Shown here: in pieces, positions 21,013-28,613 of the stretch
How the letters are laid out: each line of letters opens with the position of its first letter
Numbering within the stretch: position 1 is the first letter of the stretch
Virus record (IMG/VR): IMGVR_UViG_3300044706_000011
Coordinates: 1 to 39,960 of that record
Direction: 5' to 3' (one strand)
DNA length: 39,960 bases
DNA from: a virus
Made by a program: the position numbers and the translations under genes
The notes under the pieces: generated by a model
What the model was told of the DNA's origin: nothing
What the model saw: only the letters and a program-made list of their open reading frames with translations
Database searches by the model: none

Positions 21013-22056
21013 GTGGCAACTCCCCAGCTCGAGGACGGTCACGTCCGAATTGCAAACGAACTGCTCGAGGCGATTCTCGGCTTCGGCTTTTCGCAGCGCG
21101 AGCTGCTTGTACTGCTGACCATCATCCGCAAGACGTACGGCTTCAACAAGAAGGAGGATGACATGTCTGCCTCGCAGATCGGCGCCGTATGCGGCATGGC
21201 CCGTCAGCACGTCACGACGACCTTGAACGCGCTGGTGGCCCGCAATGTCATTGCGAAGCGTCCGGGCCAGTTCGGAATGATTATCGGCGTGCAGAAGGAC
21301 CACTGCAAATGGGTGTCGATCGAGCAAATGAAAGGTGCAGCAGATAGTCCCAAATCGGGACTAGTCCAAGATCGGGACATGTCCCAAATCGGGACAGATG
21401 GTAGTCCCGAATCGGGACAGGTCGATAGTCCCAAATCGGGACACACAAAAGACAACCTTCCAAAAGACAACCACCAAAAGACAAATTCTTGCGCTCCGAC
21501 GTCGGGCAGCGAGGCTGGAAGCGAAACCCTAGCAGACCGCAAAGGTCGGGCCATGATGGGCGAACGCTTTGAGCGCTTCTACGCTGCCTACCCTCGCAAG
21601 AAGTCTCGAGCAGCGGCCGAAAAGGCGTTTGCCAAGCTGAATCCGGACGATGACGCCCTCGAGCAAATGCTGACGGCTATTGCTCGCACTCTGGCATCTG
21701 GCGAGTGGGCCGACCCGAAGTTCATCCCCTACCCGGCTACCTGGCTGAACGCTGGTGGCTGGATGGACGAAGTGCAGACCGCTTACCAGCCCGAGGAGGT
21801 CGAGGTCATCGAGGCGTTCAACGGCGCCTTGGGTGAGCAGCTGGGCGTCGTCACCCTGACGCCGTTCATCGCCAACCGTGCTGCCGCCATCCGCGACTTC
21901 CGCACGTTCTCGAGCAAGCCGGGTTTCGTTGAGCGCTTCTTCCCTTGGGTGCGCGACAACGCCAAGTTTCCGCCTAGCGTCGGTTTTGATTGGGTCATCA
22001 GCCGCCATGGTTACGCCAACCTGACCAGCGGTCAACACAGCAGAAAAGCAGCATGA
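21013..22056 (+). CDS. Replication initiator, lambda O-like (phage_rep_O N-terminal domain) carrying the origin iterons
   Basis: LEDGHVRIANELLEAILGFGFSQRELLVLLTIIRKTYGFNKKED ... winged-helix pattern. GTG start with AAGGAG SD. ATGA overlap with dnaB. Confidence 0.8.
   Translation: MATPQLEDGHVRIANELLEAILGFGFSQRELLVLLTIIRKTYGFNKKEDDMSASQIGAVCGMARQHVTTTLNALVARNVIAKRPGQFGMIIGVQKDHCKWVSIEQMKGAADSPKSGLVQDRDMSQIGTDGSPESGQVDSPKSGHTKDNLPKDNHQKTNSCAPTSGSEAGSETLADRKGRAMMGERFERFYAAYPRKKSRAAAEKAFAKLNPDDDALEQMLTAIARTLASGEWADPKFIPYPATWLNAGGWMDEVQTAYQPEEVEVIEAFNGALGEQLGVVTLTPFIANRAAAIRDFRTFSSKPGFVERFFPWVRDNAKFPPSVGFDWVISRHGYANLTSGQHSRKAA
21347..21485. repeat. Origin of replication candidate: five 15-bp palindromic iterons GTCCCAAATCGGGAC plus three CAAAAGACAA repeats
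   Basis: Iterons at 21347, 21364, 21381, 21404 and 21428 (spacing 17/17/23/24), followed by an A-rich repeat tract. All lie inside the O-like gene. Confidence 0.8.
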
Positions 22057-23417
22057 GCGAACAGAACTCCATCCCGCATTCGATCGAAGCCGAGCAAGCC
22101 GTCTTGGGCGCACTCCTGCGCTTCAACGACTGCATCGACAAGCTTGGCGACCTGCAGGCCAAGCACTTCTACCGAGAGGATCATCGCACGATCTATTCGC
22201 AGATCGTACGTCTGATCTCGCAGCACGAACCAGCCGACGTTATCACCGTCTACGGCGCTCTCGAGCAAATCGGCAAAGCCGAGGAAGTTGGCGGTCTGGC
22301 ATACCTGAACTCGATGGCACAGAGCACGCCGTCCGCCGCCAATGTCGGCCAGTACGCTCGAGTCGTCTCCGACCGCGCCCTGCTCCGCGGCGTCATGTAC
22401 GTAGCCGACTCGATCAATGCCCTGGCGCAGAACCCGAAGGGCAAGAATGCCGACGAAGTGCTCGATTCGATGCAGTCTCTGGTCAGCACATTGGCTGAGC
22501 GCCGTGTACGCAACGAACCGCGCATGGTGCGTGAAATCCTGCATGAAGTCATCGAAGGCATCGGTAAGCGCGCCGAGGGCCACCAGTACGCCATGCCGAC
22601 CGGTATCGAGGGAATCGATCGTCTCCTCAACGGAGGAGCCAGGCCGGGCAATCTGATCATCGTTGCTGGGCGCCCCTCAATGGGCAAGACAGCGCTTACC
22701 TCCGACATGGGCCTGAATATGGCCGAGAACCTGAGTGTCCTGAACTTCAGTATGGAGATGGAGGGCAGAGAGATAGCCAGCCGGGCCTTGGCCAACCGTG
22801 GTCGCGTCGCGCTTGAAAAGATTATGGGCGAGATCCCCGGCAACGATGACAACGCGTGGTCTGGCGTCACGACAGGCACGATGAAGCTTAACGATCTTCG
22901 TTTCGCTATTGATGACACGGCCGCGATCTCGCTGCTCGAGCTGCGTATGAAGGCGAAAGCTTGGAAGAGAAAGCATGGACTCGACGTGATCATCGTGGAT
23001 TACATCGGCCTTATGACTGGTGGAGAAGGCGATACGCGCTCTGCTCAAATCGGCTTCTTCTCTCGTGGGCTCAAGGCGCTCGCCAAGGAATTAGGCATTG
23101 CCGTGATCTGCCTGGCGCAGTTGAACCGGAACGTTGATGGACGCTCCGACCACAAACCGATGCTTTCCGACCTACGCGATTCTGGAGAGATCGAGCAAGA
23201 CGCGGACGTCGTGATGTTCGTCCATCGCGCGGAGATGTACGACCCCGAGAACGAAGAGATCAAAGGCTATGCCGAGGTCTTGGTTCGGAAGAACCGTAGC
23301 GGCAGGCTCGGCGATGTACCGCTCAAGTTCGACGGCGCAATCTGCCGATTCAGTGACTGGAGAGGGAGCGTCCCAACCATCTCGAGCAAGGGTCGCAGCT
23401 CGAGATTCGATGGGTGA
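22053..23417 (+). CDS. dnaB: Replicative DNA helicase DnaB
   Basis: IPHSIEAEQAVLGALL N-terminal signature. Walker A GRPSMGKTAL. Typical C-terminal RecA-like blocks (DYIGLM, LAQLNR). Confidence 0.92.
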   Translation: MSEQNSIPHSIEAEQAVLGALLRFNDCIDKLGDLQAKHFYREDHRTIYSQIVRLISQHEPADVITVYGALEQIGKAEEVGGLAYLNSMAQSTPSAANVGQYARVVSDRALLRGVMYVADSINALAQNPKGKNADEVLDSMQSLVSTLAERRVRNEPRMVREILHEVIEGIGKRAEGHQYAMPTGIEGIDRLLNGGARPGNLIIVAGRPSMGKTALTSDMGLNMAENLSVLNFSMEMEGREIASRALANRGRVALEKIMGEIPGNDDNAWSGVTTGTMKLNDLRFAIDDTAAISLLELRMKAKAWKRKHGLDVIIVDYIGLMTGGEGDTRSAQIGFFSRGLKALAKELGIAVICLAQLNRNVDGRSDHKPMLSDLRDSGEIEQDADVVMFVHRAEMYDPENEEIKGYAEVLVRKNRSGRLGDVPLKFDGAICRFSDWRGSVPTISSKGRSSRFDG

Positions 23418-23626
23418 TCAACATGAGCCGCCCTACCGCCCCCTGCGTCCTCTGCACCCACTTCCATCGCCACGCAGAAGCCCCACCAGCACACGGCTAC
23501 TGCGAAGGCTACGAGAGGTTCAGGCGCCACGACGACACGAACGAGGCATGTCCTCTGTGGAATCGGGCGAAGGACGAACAGAGGCGTAGGGCTTGGGCAG
23601 AACAACAACCGAAGGAGAGAAATTGA
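23414..23626 (+). CDS. Hypothetical Cys/His-rich small protein (70 aa; ATG at 23423 possible)
   Basis: GTGA overlap with dnaB. CVLCTHFHRH ... C ... C motif. Confidence 0.55.
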   Translation: MINMSRPTAPCVLCTHFHRHAEAPPAHGYCEGYERFRRHDDTNEACPLWNRAKDEQRRRAWAEQQPKERN

Positions 23627-24438
23627 ATGAGCTGGCTCTTTTCGCAGGCGCTGGTGGAGGAATACTCGGAGGGCACCTCCTTGGATGGCGAACCGTCTGC
23701 GCAGTTGAACGTGACGCCTACGCAGCACAAGTTCTGGCGCAACGACAAAACGATAGATGCCTCCGACCTTTCCCGATTTGGTCTGACGTTACGACTTTTG
23801 ACGGCCGCCCGTGGCGCGGAATTGTTGATGTCGTATCTGGCGGCTTTCCGTGCCAGGACATCAGCGCAGCAGGAACTGGCGTCGGGATCACCGGGAGGCG
23901 CAGCGGACTTTGGAGCCACCAGAAACGGATCATTCGCGAAGTACGACCACGCTTCGTCTACGTGGAGAACAGTCCAATGCTCACTTCTCGGGGACTCGGA
24001 CGAGTTCTCGGAGACCTGGCCGAGATGGGGTTCTATGTCGAATGGGGTGTCGTATCTGCGGCCGATACCGGCGCTCCCCATCTGCGCGACCGAATCTGGA
24101 TTATGGCCTACGCCGACGGTATGCGGGAATTACAACCGGAAAGGTGCCAGCAAGACCAGTGGCGATGGGCTGGCGACCGCGGTTCGTATGTGGCGAACTC
24201 CGAACGCATCGGATGCGGACAAGTGGAGCAAGCAGAGTCTGGAAGAACGAAAGGCGAAGGGGCAGCAGATCCGGTTAAACACTCAGGTTTCCCCAGACGG
24301 CTCCCAAGCTGGCCTTCTGAATCCGGACTGGATCGAGTGGCTGATGGGGTGGCCCACCGGGTGGACCGAATTAAAGCCCTTGGAAATGGACAAGTTCCAA
24401 GAGTGGCAGCAGCAGCATGGAGGATTTTAACGACATGA
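23623..24438 (+). CDS. DNA (cytosine-5) methyltransferase (TTG start)
   Basis: Motif I LFAGAGGG, motif IV GGFPCQDIS, motif VI VYVENSP, motif VIII HLRDRIWI, motif X LGNGQVP. AGGAG 5 nt upstream of TTG 23623. Its stop overlaps the next small ORF (ATGA). Confidence 0.85.
   Translation: MNELALFAGAGGGILGGHLLGWRTVCAVERDAYAAQVLAQRQNDRCLRPFPIWSDVTTFDGRPWRGIVDVVSGGFPCQDISAAGTGVGITGRRSGLWSHQKRIIREVRPRFVYVENSPMLTSRGLGRVLGDLAEMGFYVEWGVVSAADTGAPHLRDRIWIMAYADGMRELQPERCQQDQWRWAGDRGSYVANSERIGCGQVEQAESGRTKGEGAADPVKHSGFPRRLPSWPSESGLDRVADGVAHRVDRIKALGNGQVPRVAAAAWRILTT
23627..24430 (+). CDS. Alternative +1-frame ORF (267 codons, ATG start) co-extensive with the methyltransferase gene; coding status unresolved
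   Basis: Stop-free from 4 nt after the MTase start to 8 nt before its stop. Trp-rich with WPTP and EWLMGWPTGWT strings. See findings. Confidence 0.3.
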   Translation: MSWLFSQALVEEYSEGTSLDGEPSAQLNVTPTQHKFWRNDKTIDASDLSRFGLTLRLLTAARGAELLMSYLAAFRARTSAQQELASGSPGGAADFGATRNGSFAKYDHASSTWRTVQCSLLGDSDEFSETWPRWGSMSNGVSYLRPIPALPICATESGLWPTPTVCGNYNRKGASKTSGDGLATAVRMWRTPNASDADKWSKQSLEERKAKGQQIRLNTQVSPDGSQAGLLNPDWIEWLMGWPTGWTELKPLEMDKFQEWQQQHGGF

Positions 24439-24521
24439 CCCACCGCCAAATCATCCTAGAACGCCTAGCAGCCAAGTGTTTCACCATGCTCATGATGCGC
24501 TTAGGCGTGAAGCAGAAGTAG
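24435..24521 (+). CDS. Hypothetical 28-aa peptide
   Basis: ATGA overlap with the MTase stop. No other support. Confidence 0.3.
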   Translation: MTHRQIILERLAAKCFTMLMMRLGVKQK

Positions 24522-24564
24522 ATACCAACCGCGCGAAGGCGCAGACAACGAAAGGAATGCAGAC

Positions 24565-24843
24565 ATGACCGAACAACAATTCGCCTACTGGCTCCAAGGC
24601 TTCGCTGAACTGAATCCGCAGCCGCCGACCGCCGAGCAATGGCAATCGATCCGCGAGCATCTGGCGACCGTCTTTAAAAAGGTTACGCCGGAAGTCCAGA
24701 ATCGCCAGATGGCACTTGACTCAATCAAGAACAATGGTCTTCAAGATTATCTTGACCGTCAAAAGCAATCACAAAATCCATACGTTCCGAAAGCTCCGGA
24801 TCAGCCGTACTACCTCGGCCAGCCCGGTGGAATTATCTGCTGA
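24565..24843 (+). CDS. Hypothetical protein (92 aa)
   Basis: GAAAGGA SD. Lower third-position GC than the structural genes. Confidence 0.65.
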   Translation: MTEQQFAYWLQGFAELNPQPPTAEQWQSIREHLATVFKKVTPEVQNRQMALDSIKNNGLQDYLDRQKQSQNPYVPKAPDQPYYLGQPGGIIC

Positions 24844-24900
24844 CCTACCACCCCGCCCGGCCAGTACCGGGCGTACGACAACTACGGGAGAAACTGATAG

Positions 24901-25137
24901 ATGGCAAGGAAACTGACGAAGTGGTTCCACGCAGACATGAAGCCAACACGAATTGGCGTTTATGAGACCAAAGACGGCGGAATGGAGGGAACAGGTTTTC
25001 AGTACTGGGATGGTAAAAGCTGGCAGTTCTGGGGCTATTCGGCTGAGGATGCATTTCTTTGCCGGAATAAAGGCAAGTCAATTTTCCAGAACGTCCAATG
25101 GCGCGGACTCGCCAGCGATCCGGAGAAGTCGGCATGA
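24901..25137 (+). CDS. Hypothetical protein (78 aa)
   Basis: GGGAG SD. ATGA overlap downstream. Confidence 0.65.
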   Translation: MARKLTKWFHADMKPTRIGVYETKDGGMEGTGFQYWDGKSWQFWGYSAEDAFLCRNKGKSIFQNVQWRGLASDPEKSA

Positions 25138-25370
25138 CCATCCTCCAATCAATTCTCGCGGGCCTTGTCGTCATTGGCATCCTTCTTTACACCGGGCCTG
25201 CTTTCATAGATCGAGCAGGCAAAAAGACACATGAAAGCGCACTTAACCCGTGGCTTTACAAGGACCAAGTGACTGGCTGCGAATATCTCGCGAGCAGAAA
25301 CGATAGCGCGCTCGCGCCCCGCATCGCTGCCGACGGCAAGACGCACATGGGCTGCGGGGTAAAGCCATGA
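25134..25370 (+). CDS. Hypothetical N-terminally anchored membrane protein (78 aa)
   Basis: TMD ILQSILAGLVVIGILLY. ATGA overlaps on both sides. Confidence 0.6.
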   Translation: MTILQSILAGLVVIGILLYTGPAFIDRAGKKTHESALNPWLYKDQVTGCEYLASRNDSALAPRIAADGKTHMGCGVKP

Positions 25371-25501
25371 CGATCATGATCCCTACATGGCTGCTTTGGA
25401 CACTTGGGCTCTGCATTGGCATCCCCGTTATTGTCGCCATCCTTTTCTTGGCGTGGCTTGGATGGGTAGCCATGCATTGGGCTGGGAGTCCATTCCGATG
25501 A
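25367..25501 (+). CDS. 44-aa two-TMD peptide (MTIMIPTWLLWTLGLCIGIPVIVAILFLAWLGWVAMHWAGSPFR)
   Basis: ATGA overlaps on both sides. Below the ORF-track cutoff. Confidence 0.45.
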   Translation: MTIMIPTWLLWTLGLCIGIPVIVAILFLAWLGWVAMHWAGSPFR

Positions 25502-25920
25502 ATAGCTCATTCACCCGCACCACGACGCTCAAGCGAACGGGGATGAAGCGCAAGCCGCTCGGCCAGCGTGAGCCTGTGCTCAAGTCAACCAGCAAGCTCA
25601 AGTCGCGGAGCATCAAGGGTCGCGCTCCGACTGTAGCTGAGCGCGAGCGCATGGACAAGATCGCTGAAATCGGATGCATCGCCTGCTTCCACGAAGGTAT
25701 CTACAACCCGCATGTCAGCTTGCATCACATCGACGGGCGCACGAAGCCGGACGCACACATGCTTGTGCTTCCTCTCTGCGCGCCGCACCATCAGCAAGAC
25801 GACACCGATCCGCTGCAGCGCCCGAGCGTTCACGGCCGCAAGAAGACGTTCACTGCGCGCTACGGCACCGAGATGGAATTGCTGGCTGAATGCCTCGTAC
25901 TGATTGGGGAGACGGCATGA
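25498..25920 (+). CDS. HNH/His-Me finger nuclease of the P1 Ref-like (recombination enhancement) type
   Basis: Basic N-terminus, then IGCIACFHEG ... SLHHIDGR ... LPLCAPHH. Confidence 0.65.
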   Translation: MNSSFTRTTTLKRTGMKRKPLGQREPVLKSTSKLKSRSIKGRAPTVAERERMDKIAEIGCIACFHEGIYNPHVSLHHIDGRTKPDAHMLVLPLCAPHHQQDDTDPLQRPSVHGRKKTFTARYGTEMELLAECLVLIGETA

Positions 25921-26432
25921 GAGACAGTATGAGAATCCTCGCACTTGATCCCGGGCCGAAAGAAACGGGTTACTGCGTCTACGACAATGGCGACGTACTC
26001 GTGGCTGGTGTCATGGATAACCTTGAGATGTTGGACTATTTGCGAGTACGTTCCAGTCTGCACGCACTTGGATGCCGCCTTTGCATCGAAATGATCGCAT
26101 CCTACGGCATGCCTGTTGGCCGCGAAGTGTTCGAAACCTGTGTCTGGATCGGGCGCTTCCAGCAGGCGTGGCATTCTCCCAGCGCGGTTGAACTGGTCTA
26201 CCGCAAGGACGTGAAGCTTCATCTGTGCGGCACCACGAAGGCAAAAGACCCTAACGTGCGCCAAGCGCTGCTTGACCTTTTCCCGCCTACTGGTGGTGGC
26301 AAGACCCCACAAATCGGCACCAAGAAGCAGCCCGGCCCTCTGTATGGCGTTTCGAGTCACGCATGGCCTGCGTTGGGCGTCGCAATCACCGCAGCGGCCA
26401 AGCTGCGCGCGCTGAAGGAGAAAGCAAAGTGA
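25917..26432 (+). CDS. RuvC-like Holliday junction resolvase (phage type)
   Basis: MRILALDPGPKETGY (catalytic Asp context), CIEMIASYG, SSHAWPALGVA. ATGA overlap with the upstream gene. Confidence 0.6.
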   Translation: MRDSMRILALDPGPKETGYCVYDNGDVLVAGVMDNLEMLDYLRVRSSLHALGCRLCIEMIASYGMPVGREVFETCVWIGRFQQAWHSPSAVELVYRKDVKLHLCGTTKAKDPNVRQALLDLFPPTGGGKTPQIGTKKQPGPLYGVSSHAWPALGVAITAAAKLRALKEKAK

Positions 26433-26623
26433 ACAGACTCCTAACGAAAGACGAAATGGACAAGGAATTTATGGCTCTCATTAAGAACGGAGCCAAAGAT
26501 CTCGGCGTCCCTGAAATGGCCGTCGCAATCGTCTTTGGAGCGATGTGCGGTGCCCCCTTATCTGACGCTGATATGCAGTGGGCGGCTGACGAGATTTCGA
26601 AGGCAGCAAAGGAGAAAGCATGA
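26429..26623 (+). CDS. Hypothetical protein (64 aa, GTG start)
   Basis: GTGA overlap upstream and ATGA downstream. Confidence 0.5.
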   Translation: MNRLLTKDEMDKEFMALIKNGAKDLGVPEMAVAIVFGAMCGAPLSDADMQWAADEISKAAKEKA

Positions 26624-26844
26624 AGCATTGTGTCGACTGCAAACATTACGACCTTGCGAATGGCGTTGGTTTCGAGAAATGCCGTGCGCCTCACAACAAG
26701 TTTACGGAGAACCCAATATCTGGCGAACGCAAGCAAATTTGGCCATATTGCGAAACGCATCGAGCCCTATCGTTCCCGTTCTACATATTCGCGAAGGTTT
26801 GCGGCAGTTCTGGGCGTTGGTTTGAGCCAAAGGAAACCACATGA
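26620..26844 (+). CDS. Hypothetical Cys-rich protein (74 aa)
   Basis: CVDCKH ... C ... C pattern. ATGA overlaps. Confidence 0.6.
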   Translation: MKHCVDCKHYDLANGVGFEKCRAPHNKFTENPISGERKQIWPYCETHRALSFPFYIFAKVCGSSGRWFEPKETT

Positions 26845-26969
26845 TCCCCGCCATCATCGTTCTAGCCATCTGGCTAGCCCTCTCTCCCTTCATTGGCTGG
26901 CTATGGGGCCGCTTCGTTCGCGTAGGGATGGTGGAGCTGCATAAGGAAGATAAGGAGACGCCGCCTTGA
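26841..26969 (+). CDS. 42-aa single-TMD peptide (MIPAIIVLAIWLALSPFIGWLWGRF...)
   Basis: ATGA overlap upstream. Its stop overlaps the next ATG (TGATG). Confidence 0.45.
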   Translation: MIPAIIVLAIWLALSPFIGWLWGRFVRVGMVELHKEDKETPP

Positions 26970-27238
26970 TGTCGCCTATTCGAAAGCTTTTATTCCAATG
27001 GGCCGCTCACCGCATTGCATCGGCCAATAGTCTTCCTGCGGACGTTCAACGCGTTATCGAAGAAATAAATCGACTTGATCCAGAATCAGCTCAAGTGATC
27101 GAATTGGAATATTGCGATCCTCGGCCGCAGAAAACAAAGGCGGCAACGCTTCGCATGTCGCGGCAGATGTTTTCTGCCAAGCTAAGGTGGATCCACGATC
27201 ATTTGGCATTCTTACTGTGGGGAAACTCAATGTCATGA
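26969..27238 (+). CDS. Putative late-gene transcription regulator (sigma-70 region-4-like HTH; in the Q position)
   Basis: Last early-right gene before the late operon. ESAQVIELEYCD ... KAATLRMSRQMFSAKLRWIHDHL resembles a region-4 HTH. Confidence 0.4.
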   Translation: MSPIRKLLFQWAAHRIASANSLPADVQRVIEEINRLDPESAQVIELEYCDPRPQKTKAATLRMSRQMFSAKLRWIHDHLAFLLWGNSMS

Positions 27239-27277
27239 CAAATTAGTTCTCGCCTCCGTTTACATGGATCACTAACA

Positions 27278-27305
27278 TTGAAGCTGTGGGCCATTGCGCC
27301 TTAAT
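27278..27305 (+). promoter_or_regulatory. Weak late-promoter candidate TTGAAG-16 nt-CTTAAT
   Basis: Only sigma-70-like match in the 81-nt gap between the regulator and the late genes. Confidence 0.2.
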
Positions 27306-27325
27306 CAGTTTTAATCGGGGTGATC

Positions 27326-27505
27326 ATGAGCGGTCTCGGTAAAGGTCAAGAAGGCAATCCCAAATACGCGGCCAACTGCGCCCGCGAATCGCGCGAAGCA
27401 AAAGCGGGCACTTTTCATGGCGGCACTCCGCCGAGCGGCCCACGTCCTGAACCGGTACGAATCAACGGCATCCGCGCACCGAAAGACCGTGGCCTGAGCA
27501 AGTAA
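27326..27505 (+). CDS. Hypothetical basic protein (59 aa)
   Basis: GKGQEGNP motif resembles the small-terminase N-terminal KGQSGNP motif at 28326. First ORF of the late operon. Confidence 0.5.
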   Translation: MSGLGKGQEGNPKYAANCARESREAKAGTFHGGTPPSGPRPEPVRINGIRAPKDRGLSK

Positions 27506-27507
27506 TC

Positions 27508-27876
27508 ATGGTCGATTCCCGCCTTCTCATTACGCCGCTGATGATGGTTCAGGAACTGGCGGACGTTATGGGCGAGGATGGCCGCTATGCGGTCCGAAGA
27601 GCCTACAACATCATCGAAGATGGATTTCACGTTCTCTGGTTTCACGATGGCTTGATGGTGAACGTGAAGCCATCTTTTGGCACCCTTGATGCGTCCCTTC
27701 CAAGATCGCGTGCACTGTCTCTTGATGACTATTCCACAGAGTTCATTTCTCCTGTCGCCGCAAGGATGAAAAGCAGAGACGGCAAAAAGATCTCGTGGGA
27801 CTACTTCGCCAATGGGCTCATGACGAAAGATTGCGACAAAGAATTCTTCGCGTATATGGACGTGAAACATGGCTGA
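27508..27876 (+). CDS. Hypothetical protein (122 aa), lower GC
   Basis: Clean ORF starting 2 nt after the upstream stop. Confidence 0.65.
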   Translation: MVDSRLLITPLMMVQELADVMGEDGRYAVRRAYNIIEDGFHVLWFHDGLMVNVKPSFGTLDASLPRSRALSLDDYSTEFISPVAARMKSRDGKKISWDYFANGLMTKDCDKEFFAYMDVKHG

Positions 27877-28084
27877 ACTCAAAGCAAAAGCCCGCAACAA
27901 GCTGCCGAAATCCGAATTCGGCATGCCTGGCGAGCGCAAATATCCGATGCCAGATAAGAGCCATGCGCGTAACGCGAAAGCTCGTGCAAGCCAAATGGAA
28001 AAGGCCGGAAAGCTTTCTGAGTCGTCCAAGGCAAAGATCGATGCGAAAGCGGATCGCGTGCTTGGTAAGGGCAAGAAGAAATGA
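27869..28084 (+). CDS. Hypothetical Lys-rich protein (71 aa)
   Basis: KLPKSEFGMPGERKYPMPDKSHARNAKARA pattern seen in small phage proteins. Overlaps both neighbours. Confidence 0.6.
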   Translation: MAELKAKARNKLPKSEFGMPGERKYPMPDKSHARNAKARASQMEKAGKLSESSKAKIDAKADRVLGKGKKK

Positions 28085-28323
28085 GCCTTCTTACTCCTAG
28101 CCTGATTGCCAAGGAAAGATTCGAGCGCGAAAGAAAAGCGTTGGAAGCGCTCCGCGTTGCATATCAAGAGCAACGGCTTCACGTTCAGATTGCATATTCC
28201 GAATGGCAATGTATCGAGGAATGTTTCCGCAATGAAAGGGATGACGCCACAGGATTAATCCGGCGCGTACGTGTGGACAAAGACAGTCCGAGCTCCCTTG
28301 AATTAACTGAAAGCAATATTTAG
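28081..28323 (+). CDS. Hypothetical coiled-coil protein (80 aa)
   Basis: ATGA overlap upstream. Confidence 0.55.
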   Translation: MSLLTPSLIAKERFERERKALEALRVAYQEQRLHVQIAYSEWQCIEECFRNERDDATGLIRRVRVDKDSPSSLELTESNI

Positions 28324-28325
28324 CA

Positions 28326-28613
28326 ATGCCATTCGCAAAAGGACAATCAGGCAATCCCGGTGGCCGTGCAAAACGCACGCAGGAGGAGCTTGACCTTATC
28401 GAAGCGTGCAAGAAACGCACGCCGCAGGCATTAGATGTAATCAGCCAGATCATGGAAAGCGGCGAGAACGAGCGTAATCGCTTGTCGGCCGCTGAATACA
28501 TCATCGACCGCGCTTATGGCAAAGCGGTGCAGCAAACGGAATTGACTGGCAAAGGCGGCGAGCCTTTCACCATTCAGATTGTGCGGTTTGGCGATGGCAA
28601 TCCAACTGCCTAA
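28326..28613 (+). CDS. terS: Putative small terminase subunit
   Basis: N-terminal FAKGQSGNPGGRAKRT motif. Overlaps the terL start by 20 nt. Confidence 0.55.
   Translation: MPFAKGQSGNPGGRAKRTQEELDLIEACKKRTPQALDVISQIMESGENERNRLSAAEYIIDRAYGKAVQQTELTGKGGEPFTIQIVRFGDGNPTA

Noticed and set aside
27415-28209. 264-aa minus-strand ORF across the start of the late operon
   Set aside because: It overlaps four compact plus-strand ORFs that have SDs and coupled overlaps. Its translation looks non-protein-like, and no promoter or SD context was found.
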